64,000 bases of DNA. It comes from Candidatus Gottesmanbacteria bacterium (GTDB lineage: Bacteria > Patescibacteriota > Microgenomatia > UBA10105 > UBA927). The position numbers and the translations under genes were made by a program. Positions within the stretch are counted from its first letter, which is position 1. Every line of letters begins with the position of its first letter. The notes beneath the pieces were generated by a model. That model searched no databases. It saw only the letters and a program-made list of their open reading frames with translations, and was not told where the DNA came from. Where the stretch lies: positions 448,696 to 512,695 of the forward strand of contig CAWBPL010000002.1 of assembly GCA_963790805.1 (NCBI GenBank). The letters run 5' to 3'. Below, in pieces: positions 39,545 through 47,729 of the stretch.

Positions 39545-39796
39545 TTACCCCCCATAAATGCGTGATTTTGCCTCTCGTAATGCGTAAAAATACTTTTTGG
39601 GGGTAACTGTTCCCGTGTCGTTCCAATACGCCTGAATTGCTTTTTGAAGCTCCGTGGTATTGGAAAAAACGAAGGTAACTTTTCCGGGATTAGATTTGTT
39701 GATAGAAACAAGAGGAAAATTCCATGCAATAAGCGCCGCAATTAGCGAAAGCTCTTGTGAAACAAAAACATTTTCTCGTAATTCTTTCTTAATCAT
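39545..39796 (-). CDS. DUF5659 domain protein
   Basis: SLIAALIAWNFPLVSINKSNPGKVTFVFSNTTELQKAIQAYWNDTGTVTPKKYFYALREAKSRIY resembles the DUF5659 pattern seen in phage or CPR mobile elements. Confidence 0.5.
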   Translation of the reverse strand: MIKKELRENVFVSQELSLIAALIAWNFPLVSINKSNPGKVTFVFSNTTELQKAIQAYWNDTGTVTPKKYFYALREAKSRIYGG

Positions 39797-39897
39797 GAAT
39801 TCACTAAGGCTTGATTACGAGACCCTGTCAAGCGCAATTTTCGTAGCTAATTCGTGAGAAGTATATGGTATGCCGTAATATGAAGTTGGATTACGAC

Positions 39898-40422
39898 CTA
39901 TGTTATCTTAAAAATCCAGTTTTTCTTTTTTCTGTTGAACGTCAAAAATAATCGCTCTTCTAACTTTGGTTTTTGTCTGTGTCGTTTGCGGATAGCTGTA
40001 GTACAACGCGATATAGGGGCATCTGGTCTGTTTTTGTGGAGCTCAATATAAATACTCATAACCTCTTCTGGAGTAAATTCTGTTTTCCCAGGGTTCCTTA
40101 TCCGCAAATTCCAAAAGGCTTCAAAGACTTTTCGTTCTTGAGGCGCAGAGCTAAAGTTGATTACATCGGACGATCCGTCTCCGAGCTTGAAAAATACTAC
40201 TCCATTTTGATACATCACCCTCTGCCCTGGAAGAAATTGTACAATCTTTCCAGTGTCTCTGAATTGTTGCAATAAGGGGATGTTGACGCCATTGAAGATG
40301 ATCTCGGCTTGATAAACGTCTTTGTACGGATTTGTAGACCAACCACGCAAACAGCCAGCAGCTTTCAGCTTATTTAGAAAAGCGCTAAATAATCGCCATT
40401 CCCCAAAATAATAATTGAACAA
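39898..40422 (-). CDS. hypothetical protein
   Basis: 174-aa ORF with a basic C-terminus (RKRHRQKPKLEERLFLTFNRKKKN). Family not recognised. Confidence 0.4.
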   Translation of the reverse strand: MFNYYFGEWRLFSAFLNKLKAAGCLRGWSTNPYKDVYQAEIIFNGVNIPLLQQFRDTGKIVQFLPGQRVMYQNGVVFFKLGDGSSDVINFSSAPQERKVFEAFWNLRIRNPGKTEFTPEEVMSIYIELHKNRPDAPISRCTTAIRKRHRQKPKLEERLFLTFNRKKKNWIFKIT

Positions 40423-40471
40423 ATTGTATTTATTGTTCCACTACCTGCTTCTGTCCATTGAAAAGTCATAT

Positions 40472-40672
40472 TTATTCCATGCGTTTCCTATCTTCTTGAG
40501 TACTTGCAATTTTTCGTTGGATAACAAGATCGTAATCTTTTTGTTTTTGATCAAGTTGGTTTTGATGAAGATTGATCGCCTTGTTTATATTTTCAATGTT
40601 ATCCGTGAGAGTATCAGGTATAACTGTCGGATAATAGATTTGTTGCGGTAACTGCTTTGATTTCTTTTTCAT
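40472..40672 (-). CDS. hypothetical small protein
   Basis: 66-aa ORF, first gene of the minus-strand module. Confidence 0.3.
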   Translation of the reverse strand: MKKKSKQLPQQIYYPTVIPDTLTDNIENINKAINLHQNQLDQKQKDYDLVIQRKIASTQEDRKRME

Positions 40673-40775
40673 TTTAATTTTAATAGTGAGCCTATTATAT
40701 CAGGAAAAACGACACGGTGGCTTCCAAAGTTATTCTATTTCTGGTATCGTACAGGGGACAATTTAATTGCCTAAA

Positions 40776-40880
40776 CTACCGAAAGGTAGCATGGCAGAAA
40801 AACCGGTAAAGAGCTGTAAGCTCTCGTCAGAGCATCTTTACCGGTCATGCAAGGAAACTTGCATGGGTGACGCAAGTCAT
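40776..40880 (+). ncRNA. candidate structured RNA leader (four consecutive hairpins, three with GNRA tetraloops)
   Basis: CTACC-GAAA-GGTAG (40776-40789). 11-bp helix ACCGGTAAAGA...TCTTTACCGGT (40802-40845). CATGCAAG-GAAA-CTTGCATG (40846-40865). TGAC-GCAA-GTCA (40868-40879). The GNRA loops exist only on the + strand. Confidence 0.45.
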
Positions 40881-40900
40881 CACTGGCGGGAGCTTTCTGT

Positions 40901-41269
40901 GTGAAATACATATCTAATTTATTCAAAGGTAGGCTGGGTGTAATTAACTACTGGATTGGTTGGATTATTCCAATAATACTATTTGGCGTTCTAGGCAACG
41001 CAATAATAGGGATTTCAAAGACCCCGGTTGGATTCATAGTTTTGATGTTTGTAGAGCTCGTATTATTTATATATTTCTTTTCTCTCTTTGTAAGGAGACT
41101 CCATGATAATGGCAAGAGCGGATGGTATCTGTTATGGAGTTTTGTTCCGTTGGTAAACTTATATCTCCTTGTGTTGCTATTTTATATTCCCGGAAACAAA
41201 AAAACTAACAAATTTGGTTCTCCTAATAATAAGGCTCGTTTAAGAAATATATTCGCATTAGAATCTTAA
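40901..41269 (+). CDS. DUF805 family inner-membrane protein
   Basis: RRLHDNGKSGWYLLWSFVPLVNLY is the DUF805 hallmark. GTG start. Confidence 0.7.
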   Translation: MKYISNLFKGRLGVINYWIGWIIPIILFGVLGNAIIGISKTPVGFIVLMFVELVLFIYFFSLFVRRLHDNGKSGWYLLWSFVPLVNLYLLVLLFYIPGNKKTNKFGSPNNKARLRNIFALES

Positions 41270-41299
41270 ACACGGAAGTGGGCTAAAATTTACATAAAA

Positions 41300-42055
41300 A
41301 TGAAAAGAATAATTTTAATAGTAATACTTCTTATAGGAGTTTCCCTTATAGCTATAGCGTTGAGCTATCCGATCAGAGAATACATCTTCAAAGAACAACA
41401 ACTTGGAGACCTCAATACCAAAGGTGGTGCAGAAATCACATTTCAATTTGACATGACAAATATACCAGAGGCTGAAAGAAATAAAGTATTTAATGAAAGC
41501 AAGGGTATTCTCTCTAGACGGATAGAATTCTTCGGACTCTACCCTTTTATGCAAGATTCTTCTAACTACGAAGTGGTTGTTCGGCTTGCTAATGTCAGGA
41601 ATCTTGATTTATTAGCGACTTTATTGGGAACTACAGCACAGTTGGATTTCCGTGAGTATACAAACCCGAATGCTTCAATCAGCGCGACAACAACAGTTGC
41701 GGATCTATTGAATATGACAAAATCCGTCGGTATAACCGGTAACGATTTGACGCATGCGCAGGTTACGTTTGACAATACAACTGGCGCACCGCAGGTAGCA
41801 ATCACTTTTAATGCTGCGGGCACAACAAAGTTGGCTAACGTTACACGACGTCTTGTTGGAAAGCCACTTGCTATATTTTTGGATAACAAATCTATTACTT
41901 CCCCGGTGATAAAACAGGAAATTACTGATGGATCTGCGGTTATCAACGGACAATTTACCCAGGATCAGGCAGAAACACTTGCTCTGCAACTTAATGCTGG
42001 CGCTCTCCCTACACCCGTTTCAATCCTTGAAAAACATATCATTAAAGCAAAATGA
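41300..42055 (+). CDS. SecD-like protein consisting only of TM1 plus the periplasmic P1 head/base domain
   Basis: GDLNTKGGAEITFQFD, LLGTTAQLDFRE and GKPLAIFLDNKSITSPVIKQEITDGSAVINGQFTQDQAETLALQLNAGALPTPVSI match SecD N-terminal motifs. The protein ends before the 5 C-terminal TM helices. Confidence 0.6.
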   Translation: MKRIILIVILLIGVSLIAIALSYPIREYIFKEQQLGDLNTKGGAEITFQFDMTNIPEAERNKVFNESKGILSRRIEFFGLYPFMQDSSNYEVVVRLANVRNLDLLATLLGTTAQLDFREYTNPNASISATTTVADLLNMTKSVGITGNDLTHAQVTFDNTTGAPQVAITFNAAGTTKLANVTRRLVGKPLAIFLDNKSITSPVIKQEITDGSAVINGQFTQDQAETLALQLNAGALPTPVSILEKHIIKAK

Positions 42056-42369
42056 AAACGATTTTAATAATCATCGCCTGCATATCCCTGATCACTATTT
42101 CTCTATCTGCTTCTTACTATTTTGTTATCTTTCTTCCTAAACAGGAGCGCGTTAATACCGCAACGCTTAAAAGAATTGAACAATCAACGGTAAATACTGA
42201 GGGGAATACCCAACCAATTATAGATACAACTGATATTCAAAATAAGCTAGACGATATAAATAACTCGTTACAAGAACAGCAAAGAGATACCGAATTGCGG
42301 AATAATTGTGAATCAAACGGAGGGGTTTATAGAGGGAACGGCGTATGTTGTCTTACCAACTGTCAATAA
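42052..42369 (+). CDS. hypothetical membrane-anchored protein with Cys-rich C-terminus
   Basis: N-terminal TM and C-terminal CESNGGVYRGNGVCCLTNCQ. ATGA overlap with the upstream gene. Confidence 0.4.
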   Translation: MKTILIIIACISLITISLSASYYFVIFLPKQERVNTATLKRIEQSTVNTEGNTQPIIDTTDIQNKLDDINNSLQEQQRDTELRNNCESNGGVYRGNGVCCLTNCQ

Positions 42370-42404
42370 AAAATAATTGGTGTCTGTGATTTTTTGAGTA
42401 ACCC

Positions 42405-43184
42405 ATGACTAAAACTTGTCCCTTTTGTAAAAAGCACGTAGATAAATCAGCGGCAGAATGTCCTCACTGTAAACGGGTACTGATTGAGTACATCGGTAAC
42501 CGTTCTTCTGTACCGAATCCTCATAAGACTACGATACTGGAAAGCATCAAAAAGCGCTTAGCTACCTTCCATAAACGTATACATAATACCCATATTAGGC
42601 TTCACAAGCCTTCTTTCAATAAGAATTATCTATGGATCATTCCGGTTATCATTTTTCTTGTTATTCTTGCGTCCGGGCACACCGGCAATCTCACAAGTAC
42701 GGATAGTTCTGAAAATATCCCGACCAGCACAACGGAAAACTCATTACCCACGAACTACAACAGACTATCAAACGGATCGGTACTGTCTTCCCGTATTGTT
42801 AGCAGTTCGGGGTTAGGTACCTTTGAGATTGATAACGGCACAGAAGATGATGCCGTTGCAAAATTAGCGAATACAAAAATAGGTGTATCGGTATTTACCG
42901 TATTTATCCGAGCAAACTCAAAGTTTACCATTACGAAAATACCCGATGGAACGTATATGCTCTATTTTCAAACGGGAAAAGATTGGGACAATACCGCGAA
43001 GAAGTTTTTGTACTACCCGTCTTTTTCACAGTTTACCGATGATTTTCAGTACACGACGACCCATATAGAGACGTACGATGCCATCAATACGAGATACTCA
43101 ACCTATCAAGTGACGCTCAACCCTGTAGCCGGTGGAACAGCGAAAACGAACGCCGTTTCAGAGAGCGAGTTTGAAAAGTATTAG
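42405..43184 (+). CDS. zinc-ribbon / TM / extracytoplasmic-domain protein
   Basis: CPFCKKHVDKSAAECPHCKR, TM (LWIIPVIIFLVILASG), C-terminal beta-rich domain. Confidence 0.45.
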   Translation: MTKTCPFCKKHVDKSAAECPHCKRVLIEYIGNRSSVPNPHKTTILESIKKRLATFHKRIHNTHIRLHKPSFNKNYLWIIPVIIFLVILASGHTGNLTSTDSSENIPTSTTENSLPTNYNRLSNGSVLSSRIVSSSGLGTFEIDNGTEDDAVAKLANTKIGVSVFTVFIRANSKFTITKIPDGTYMLYFQTGKDWDNTAKKFLYYPSFSQFTDDFQYTTTHIETYDAINTRYSTYQVTLNPVAGGTAKTNAVSESEFEKY

Positions 43185-43198
43185 CGCGATCAATACGT

Positions 43199-43498
43199 AT
43201 GTACCAATTTGATAAATATGCACGTCCCTATTGCACAACTTGTAAGTTGTTTTGGGGAAAACAGAATATAGGAACCCTCTTGAGTTGTACGAAGTTCGGT
43301 CGACGGTTGATCTTAAAATCTTTTAATCCCTTTGCCCAATGCGTGAAGGGGTTAGGAATAATGAGCTTAGGCGGATTATCTATGGTACTCGGGCTTCCCA
43401 TTATTTGGATCGGTGGTTTCCTATGGGGAGGTCAACAGATCCTTCACGCATTTAAGCAATGGGGCGACGTAAAGGCGTTGGATAATAAGACGTTATGA
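43199..43498 (+). CDS. hypothetical small membrane protein
   Basis: 99-aa ORF with a Cys pair near the N-terminus and a G-rich TM hairpin. Confidence 0.35.
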   Translation: MYQFDKYARPYCTTCKLFWGKQNIGTLLSCTKFGRRLILKSFNPFAQCVKGLGIMSLGGLSMVLGLPIIWIGGFLWGGQQILHAFKQWGDVKALDNKTL

Positions 43499-43654
43499 TG
43501 CCTTGCTTGAAACTGATTGATCATGCGTTATTCGACGAATTTTACCACTCAGGATAGGGATTACATCCCTAAGGGCAATCCTAGCTACAGCTGAGGCTGT
43601 GTAATGCCGTAAAACGATCGGAAAGGTGAGAGGTGACGTTATATAGCTTCAATT

Positions 43655-43683
43655 TTGACAAGCTGCCGTGTGACTGTTAGTAT
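43655..43683 (+). promoter_or_regulatory. sigma70-like promoter upstream of the NUDIX gene
   Basis: TTGACA (43655-43660), 17-nt spacer, TAGTAT (43678-43683). Confidence 0.45.
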
Positions 43684-43793
43684 AAATATAGCTTTAGCGA
43701 TTCGAAAGAATGTCCATTGCAGCTACCAGTATTTTGGGGCTGCATTTTTTGTGTTAAGCCCCAAAAATATAAACAGTAGATTGGAGGTGGAAT

Positions 43794-44192
43794 ATGGAAA
43801 ACAAAATTTATGTATCAGTCTATGCGCTGATAAAAAACACTAACGGGCGTTACCTGTTTATTCAAAGGGCAAATAATGATTCCATGCCGGGCGTCTGGGA
43901 AGTGCCCGGGGGTAAAACGGAGTATGGTGAAGACCCGAAAGAATCCTTAAAAAGAGAGGTGATGGAGGAGGTTGGGTTAAACATTGAGCCATTAAACCCC
44001 TTTTGTGTGGTCTCCCATATAAGTCTGGAGAAGCAAGCCGTAAGAATTGTTTATACGGCTAATTTAATAAAATCCGGTGATGTTAAGCTAAGTTCGGAAC
44101 ACGCAGCGTTTAAGTGGGCTGATTTCTCTGATCTCGAAGTTAGCAGCTCGCTTTTTTTACAGCAGGTATATAAAAATTTGAAGGAATCTTGA
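43794..44192 (+). CDS. NUDIX hydrolase
   Basis: Nudix box GVWEVPGGKTEYGEDPKESLKREVMEEVGL. Confidence 0.85.
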   Translation: MENKIYVSVYALIKNTNGRYLFIQRANNDSMPGVWEVPGGKTEYGEDPKESLKREVMEEVGLNIEPLNPFCVVSHISLEKQAVRIVYTANLIKSGDVKLSSEHAAFKWADFSDLEVSSSLFLQQVYKNLKES

Positions 44193-44294
44193 TTGATTTT
44201 ACCCTTGGGATAGAGAAGCCTTGAATAATAATCTTTTCCCTATCAATCAGGTTAATCTAAACTTAATTGATAGGCGTTTTTGGTGAGATAATAG

Positions 44295-44316
44295 GTTCTG
44301 ATTTTTTAGATCTGGG
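44295..44316 (+). repeat. diverged copy of the island repeat block
   Basis: ATAATAG|GTTCTGATTTTTTAGATCTGGG shares ATAATAGGTTCT with copy A and GTTCTGATTT with the copy at 35168. Confidence 0.4.
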
Positions 44317-44322
44317 AATGCT

Positions 44323-44352
44323 ATAAAAACAAAGACCCCGGCTTTCGCCGGG
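44323..44352 (-). terminator. rho-independent terminator of the NYN gene
   Basis: GC hairpin CCCGGC-gaaa-GCCGGG on the minus strand, followed by GTCTTTGTTTTTAT. Confidence 0.6.
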
Positions 44353-44454
44353 TGAAGTAATTAACTGCATCTTATATCATCAAAAACTGTTTGTCAAGAG
44401 ATAGCCCATTCTGACCGCTAAAACAGCATATTCCGTCATTTACGCAGGGCAAAT

Positions 44455-45177
44455 TCATGCCGATTTTTTCTCGTATTTCAATATTCTTTCCAAATCCTCA
44501 AGCCGGGTATATGTTACATAGGGGGACTGGAATGCAAGCACCTTAAGCTCATGTGATATTCTAGTTTCAAAACTGAAAATATGAACAGGCTTCCCAATAC
44601 TAGTTGTTTGTTTTACGAGTTTTTCAAAGTCTGAATCCCCAGCGAAGAGAATAAGTTCGTTCCATTGCTGCTGTTCTATTATGGCGTCAATCATCAGGTC
44701 ACCATCAGTCTTATTGGATGGTTTATGCTCGTCCCCCAAGATAAACTTCAATGGTTTGGAAACGACGCGTATACCGATGCCTCTTAATCCGTTCTCAAAT
44801 CTTAATGCCCCTTCGTTCAAAATATAATTTCCTTTAGCATCTTTTTGGTATTTGCCGTTTGCGTCCTGCTTGTAGCCAGTGCAGTTATAGTAACTGATAA
44901 TCGCAATTGAGTATTTTCGTTCGATGAATTGACGAAGACTCGCGTAGTTTACTTGCCAACCCGCTATTTTCCCTCCATGGTAAACGTTTGACCCATCAAT
45001 ATACAGGCCCACCTTGGACTTCACCTTTCCGGTAATCGAAGCGAACGGGACAAGCCAAGTTTTCCCTTTTTTAACAGCACCGGGTATCTGGTCGTTTTGG
45101 CAACGTTTTTTCAATGTTTCTTGATCTATTTCTGAGAGCTGTTCAGCCTCGATTAAGGTAATTAGAGAATCACTCAT
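44455..45177 (-). CDS. HTH (excisionase/MerR-like) + NYN (LabA-like) ribonuclease-domain protein
   Basis: N-terminus LITLIEAEQLSEIDQETLKKRCQNDQIPGAVKKGKTWLVP (HTH_17-like). Then VGLYIDGSNVYHGGK...LILFAGDSDF, the acidic NYN motifs. Confidence 0.6.
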   Translation of the reverse strand: MSDSLITLIEAEQLSEIDQETLKKRCQNDQIPGAVKKGKTWLVPFASITGKVKSKVGLYIDGSNVYHGGKIAGWQVNYASLRQFIERKYSIAIISYYNCTGYKQDANGKYQKDAKGNYILNEGALRFENGLRGIGIRVVSKPLKFILGDEHKPSNKTDGDLMIDAIIEQQQWNELILFAGDSDFEKLVKQTTSIGKPVHIFSFETRISHELKVLAFQSPYVTYTRLEDLERILKYEKKSA

Positions 45178-45325
45178 GAATATATTTTACCGGTATCGGT
45201 AATTGTTGTCAAGTAACATGCTCAAATTCTCTGTTCGTGTCAGAAAATGATTATAGTTATTATGTGGAAAATATCATCAAAATCGACTAAAATAGCCATA
45301 CTCCAAGAGATAGAAAGAGAAGGAT

Positions 45326-45736
45326 ATGGATACTTACAAATACATCGGAACAGTGAGCTATACGGTGTTAGATAGTAATTTTGGCACTGCTCAGTGGCAA
45401 CCAAAGACTTTTTATGGCGCACCTTTGGGAACCATAATCACTCTCCCGCCTATGTTTCTGAGTGCATTCGGTTCCGCCGGTACATCTTTACCCACCATTT
45501 CTTCATACGGGCAGCCGTACGTGGCTGCGGTGAATATAGTGAGGCAAGATTATGAGTTTGGTAAACCAGTTTTTGACTTGGATCGTTACATTGTTAAGCC
45601 GACAAATTACTACGGAATCGTGTTGAAGGAGCGACCAGATAGTCAACATCATCTAAATCCCGAAAGTAAGCTTATAGATTTTCTTGAGCCGAGGTTACAA
45701 GTTAATATTAAAAAAACGCTTAAATCGAACAGGTGA
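45326..45736 (+). CDS. hypothetical protein (cassette 1)
   Basis: 136-aa ORF followed by repeat copy A. No recognisable family. Confidence 0.4.
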   Translation: MDTYKYIGTVSYTVLDSNFGTAQWQPKTFYGAPLGTIITLPPMFLSAFGSAGTSLPTISSYGQPYVAAVNIVRQDYEFGKPVFDLDRYIVKPTNYYGIVLKERPDSQHHLNPESKLIDFLEPRLQVNIKKTLKSNR

Positions 45737-45780
45737 TGAAATCAACTGATAGATTGATATTGCTTGGGATGTATAATCAA

Positions 45781-45814
45781 ATAATAGGTTCTAACTTCTT
45801 GTAACCCCCGCAAC
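45781..45814 (+). repeat. island direct repeat, copy A
   Basis: ATAATAG GTTCTAACTTCTTGTAACCCCCGCAAC (core 45788-45814). Confidence 0.85.
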
Positions 45815-45981
45815 TTAAGATAAATAGTCCGTCAATACAGACCATATTACAGCTGCCCTCCTCATCCTATTAAATTAGTGGATTAACTTATGTCACTAAT
45901 TTAATAAAAGTTGTTAGCCTAACCATTGTCGTTAATAATGTTTGAAGTATAATAGCTTCAAATAAGGTAAATAAATTTACT

Positions 45982-46449
45982 ATGGTTGAAGACGTTAATA
46001 ATCCCACTCCAGAACAGGAAGTTGGTACTATAGAGACGGATATTATTAAATTAGTTAATCAATTAGAGCTAACAGATCAACTAACTGATGTTAGTCAAAC
46101 CGGTCTTTTCAAACAAACACGGTCATACCAGCATGATGTAGGTGAACGTATATCTGCGGGATTATTTGTTGAAGCGGAAACACTTAATCAAGTAGTTGGT
46201 GGCCTTTTGGGGAAAGATATAGCTGATAAAACAGTCGGAGAAGATTTAGTCACAGAAGTTGGAATTTGGCTTAACGGTGAAAAAGGTGCAGAACAGTATG
46301 TTATTCGATCAGGTGATCTTTGGCTTCAAAAAAATGGAGGAAAAAATAAAAAAATTATCCCAACCACAGATGACACGTTGAACATAAGAAATATATTGGA
46401 AACTATTCGTGCAGAGATCCCACGAGAAACATTAAGCCAAAATTCTTAG
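45982..46449 (+). CDS. hypothetical acidic protein (cassette 2)
   Basis: 155-aa ORF. A TATAAT at about 45948 lies upstream. Followed by repeat copy B. Confidence 0.4.
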   Translation: MVEDVNNPTPEQEVGTIETDIIKLVNQLELTDQLTDVSQTGLFKQTRSYQHDVGERISAGLFVEAETLNQVVGGLLGKDIADKTVGEDLVTEVGIWLNGEKGAEQYVIRSGDLWLQKNGGKNKKIIPTTDDTLNIRNILETIRAEIPRETLSQNS

Positions 46450-46588
46450 CTTCATATTGCTTTTTGTACGTTACCATTATCCATCGTTTTAATATAAAAT
46501 TTTAGTAGCTCTGCGTTATTTGAATTATTGTGTTCCACGTTCGTAGCTGGTTTTCAAGGTATTTTAGATTTATATTGTAAGCAAATAT

Positions 46589-46633
46589 GTTCTAACTTCT
46601 TGTAGTCCCCGCAACCAAAATTAGTTTAGGCTG
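46589..46633 (+). repeat. island direct repeat, copy B
   Basis: GTTCTAACTTCTTGTAGTCCCCGCAAC CAAAATTAGTTTAGGCTG. Confidence 0.85.
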
Positions 46634-46700
46634 TAAATACCTTCTATTTAATGTGTCATCGCCTTGATCAAAATCCCAACTAGTCCTATAATACCAATTT

Positions 46701-47360
46701 ATGGCGACTCCCTATCTGGAGACGGGACGATTTCGTCCTGACGTTTTATCATTTGTAAACGTGGAATTCCGTCATGGCGTGAAAGATGATAGTTACGGCT
46801 ACCATGGAACAAGCATTTACGCACTTCTTACCATGCTTCGCACCGGAGTTATTCCATGAAGGACAAGACCTGAAGCGCCTCGGATTGCTGGACATCCCCG
46901 CGAGGGTGATCTCTATATTTGGAAAAGCGACCCGTCGGATTATCGCTCTAAAGACGCGATTCATTACGCGACAACGTACGCGAGACTTGCCGCTCAAAAG
47001 CATAGTTTTATGAGTGAACTGGGTTTATCTTTCGATGATGAGAGCAATATGTATGCTGCATTGCAATTAACCGATCCATACGGTCAGGGTAACGATCGGG
47101 ACCGCCAACTTGAATTTCTGGAGCAAAAGGGTCTATCCGAAGCTCAGATTAACAAAGCGGTTACACATGCACGCGGGATGAAAGGGGTGCTTATCGGGTT
47201 ATCTGCGAGCGTAGCTACTCAATTTCCTATCGTTGATTGTTCCCCTGACGATGGATGGAAAATTGAAACACAGAACGGTCTACCGTTCCAGTTTGTTGAA
47301 GGCATTCGATTTTTAGGTCATCAGGACGAACAATTGTTTCGTCAAAACCTAACACAATAA
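46701..47360 (+). pseudogene. 219-codon reading frame interrupted by one in-frame TGA (cassette 3); the track shows only the distal 116 aa
   Basis: ATG at 46701, TGA at 46857-46859, and the same frame stays open to the TAA at 47358-47360. TTGATC-17-TATAAT promoter at about 46662-46690. The N-terminal part contains YGYHGTSIYALLTMLRTGVIP. Confidence 0.5.
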
Positions 47361-47375
47361 TTATTAAGGCAATAG

Positions 47376-47410
47376 ATTCCAAGTTTTTTTGTAACCCCCG
47401 CGACGAGGCT
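47376..47410 (+). repeat. island direct repeat, copy C (more diverged)
   Basis: ATTCCAAGTTTTTTTGTAACCCCCGCGAC GAGGCT. Confidence 0.75.
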
Positions 47411-47412
47411 AA

Positions 47413-47439
47413 ATGGAGCGTACTAACGCTCCATTTTTT
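47413..47439 (+). terminator. rho-independent terminator
   Basis: ATGGAGCG-tactaa-CGCTCCAT followed by TTTTT. Confidence 0.75.
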
Positions 47440-47456
47440 GTGATACACTGTAGTCA

Positions 47457-47729
47457 ATGATTAAAACAAAAAAACAGGTCGTGGTTGGTGGCATCTATAG
47501 ACATTGTCACGGGCTTCATTATCGCATTAATTCAATTGGTCTTAATGTTACCAACTATGAGAAAGGCAACAAAACGTTTCCCCGATTTGTTGTATATACG
47601 CAGCTTGAAGCGGGAAAGTTTCCCGCAGGAACGATATGGGTTTGTGATGAACACGATTTTTTGGGAACAACCAAAGGGGAAAAAGGTCAAGTGGTAAACA
47701 TATTTGAGCTTGTTGAAGATAAAAAATAA
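47457..47729 (+). CDS. DUF1653 domain protein (cassette 4)
   Basis: GGIYRHCHGLHYRINSIGLNVTNYEKGNKTFPRFVVYTQLEAGKFPAGTIWVCDEHDF fits the DUF1653 pattern (YRHyKG..Y...VvY..l...W.R....F). Confidence 0.6.
   Translation: MIKTKKQVVVGGIYRHCHGLHYRINSIGLNVTNYEKGNKTFPRFVVYTQLEAGKFPAGTIWVCDEHDFLGTTKGEKGQVVNIFELVEDKK

Noticed and set aside
40860-40900. ZTP (pfl) riboswitch, suggested by CACTGGCGGGAGC
   Set aside because: Only the ACUGGCG-like half is present. There is no 3' CCGCCUGGGC pseudoknot partner, and the downstream gene (DUF805) is not a purine or folate gene.
46857-46859. Genome-wide UGA recoding (genetic code 25 or 4)
   Set aside because: Many well-supported genes in both core and island end at TGA in the expected positions, for example yidD at 12998, the flippase at 16998 and island ORF 37121-37681. 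The standard code 11 therefore applies.
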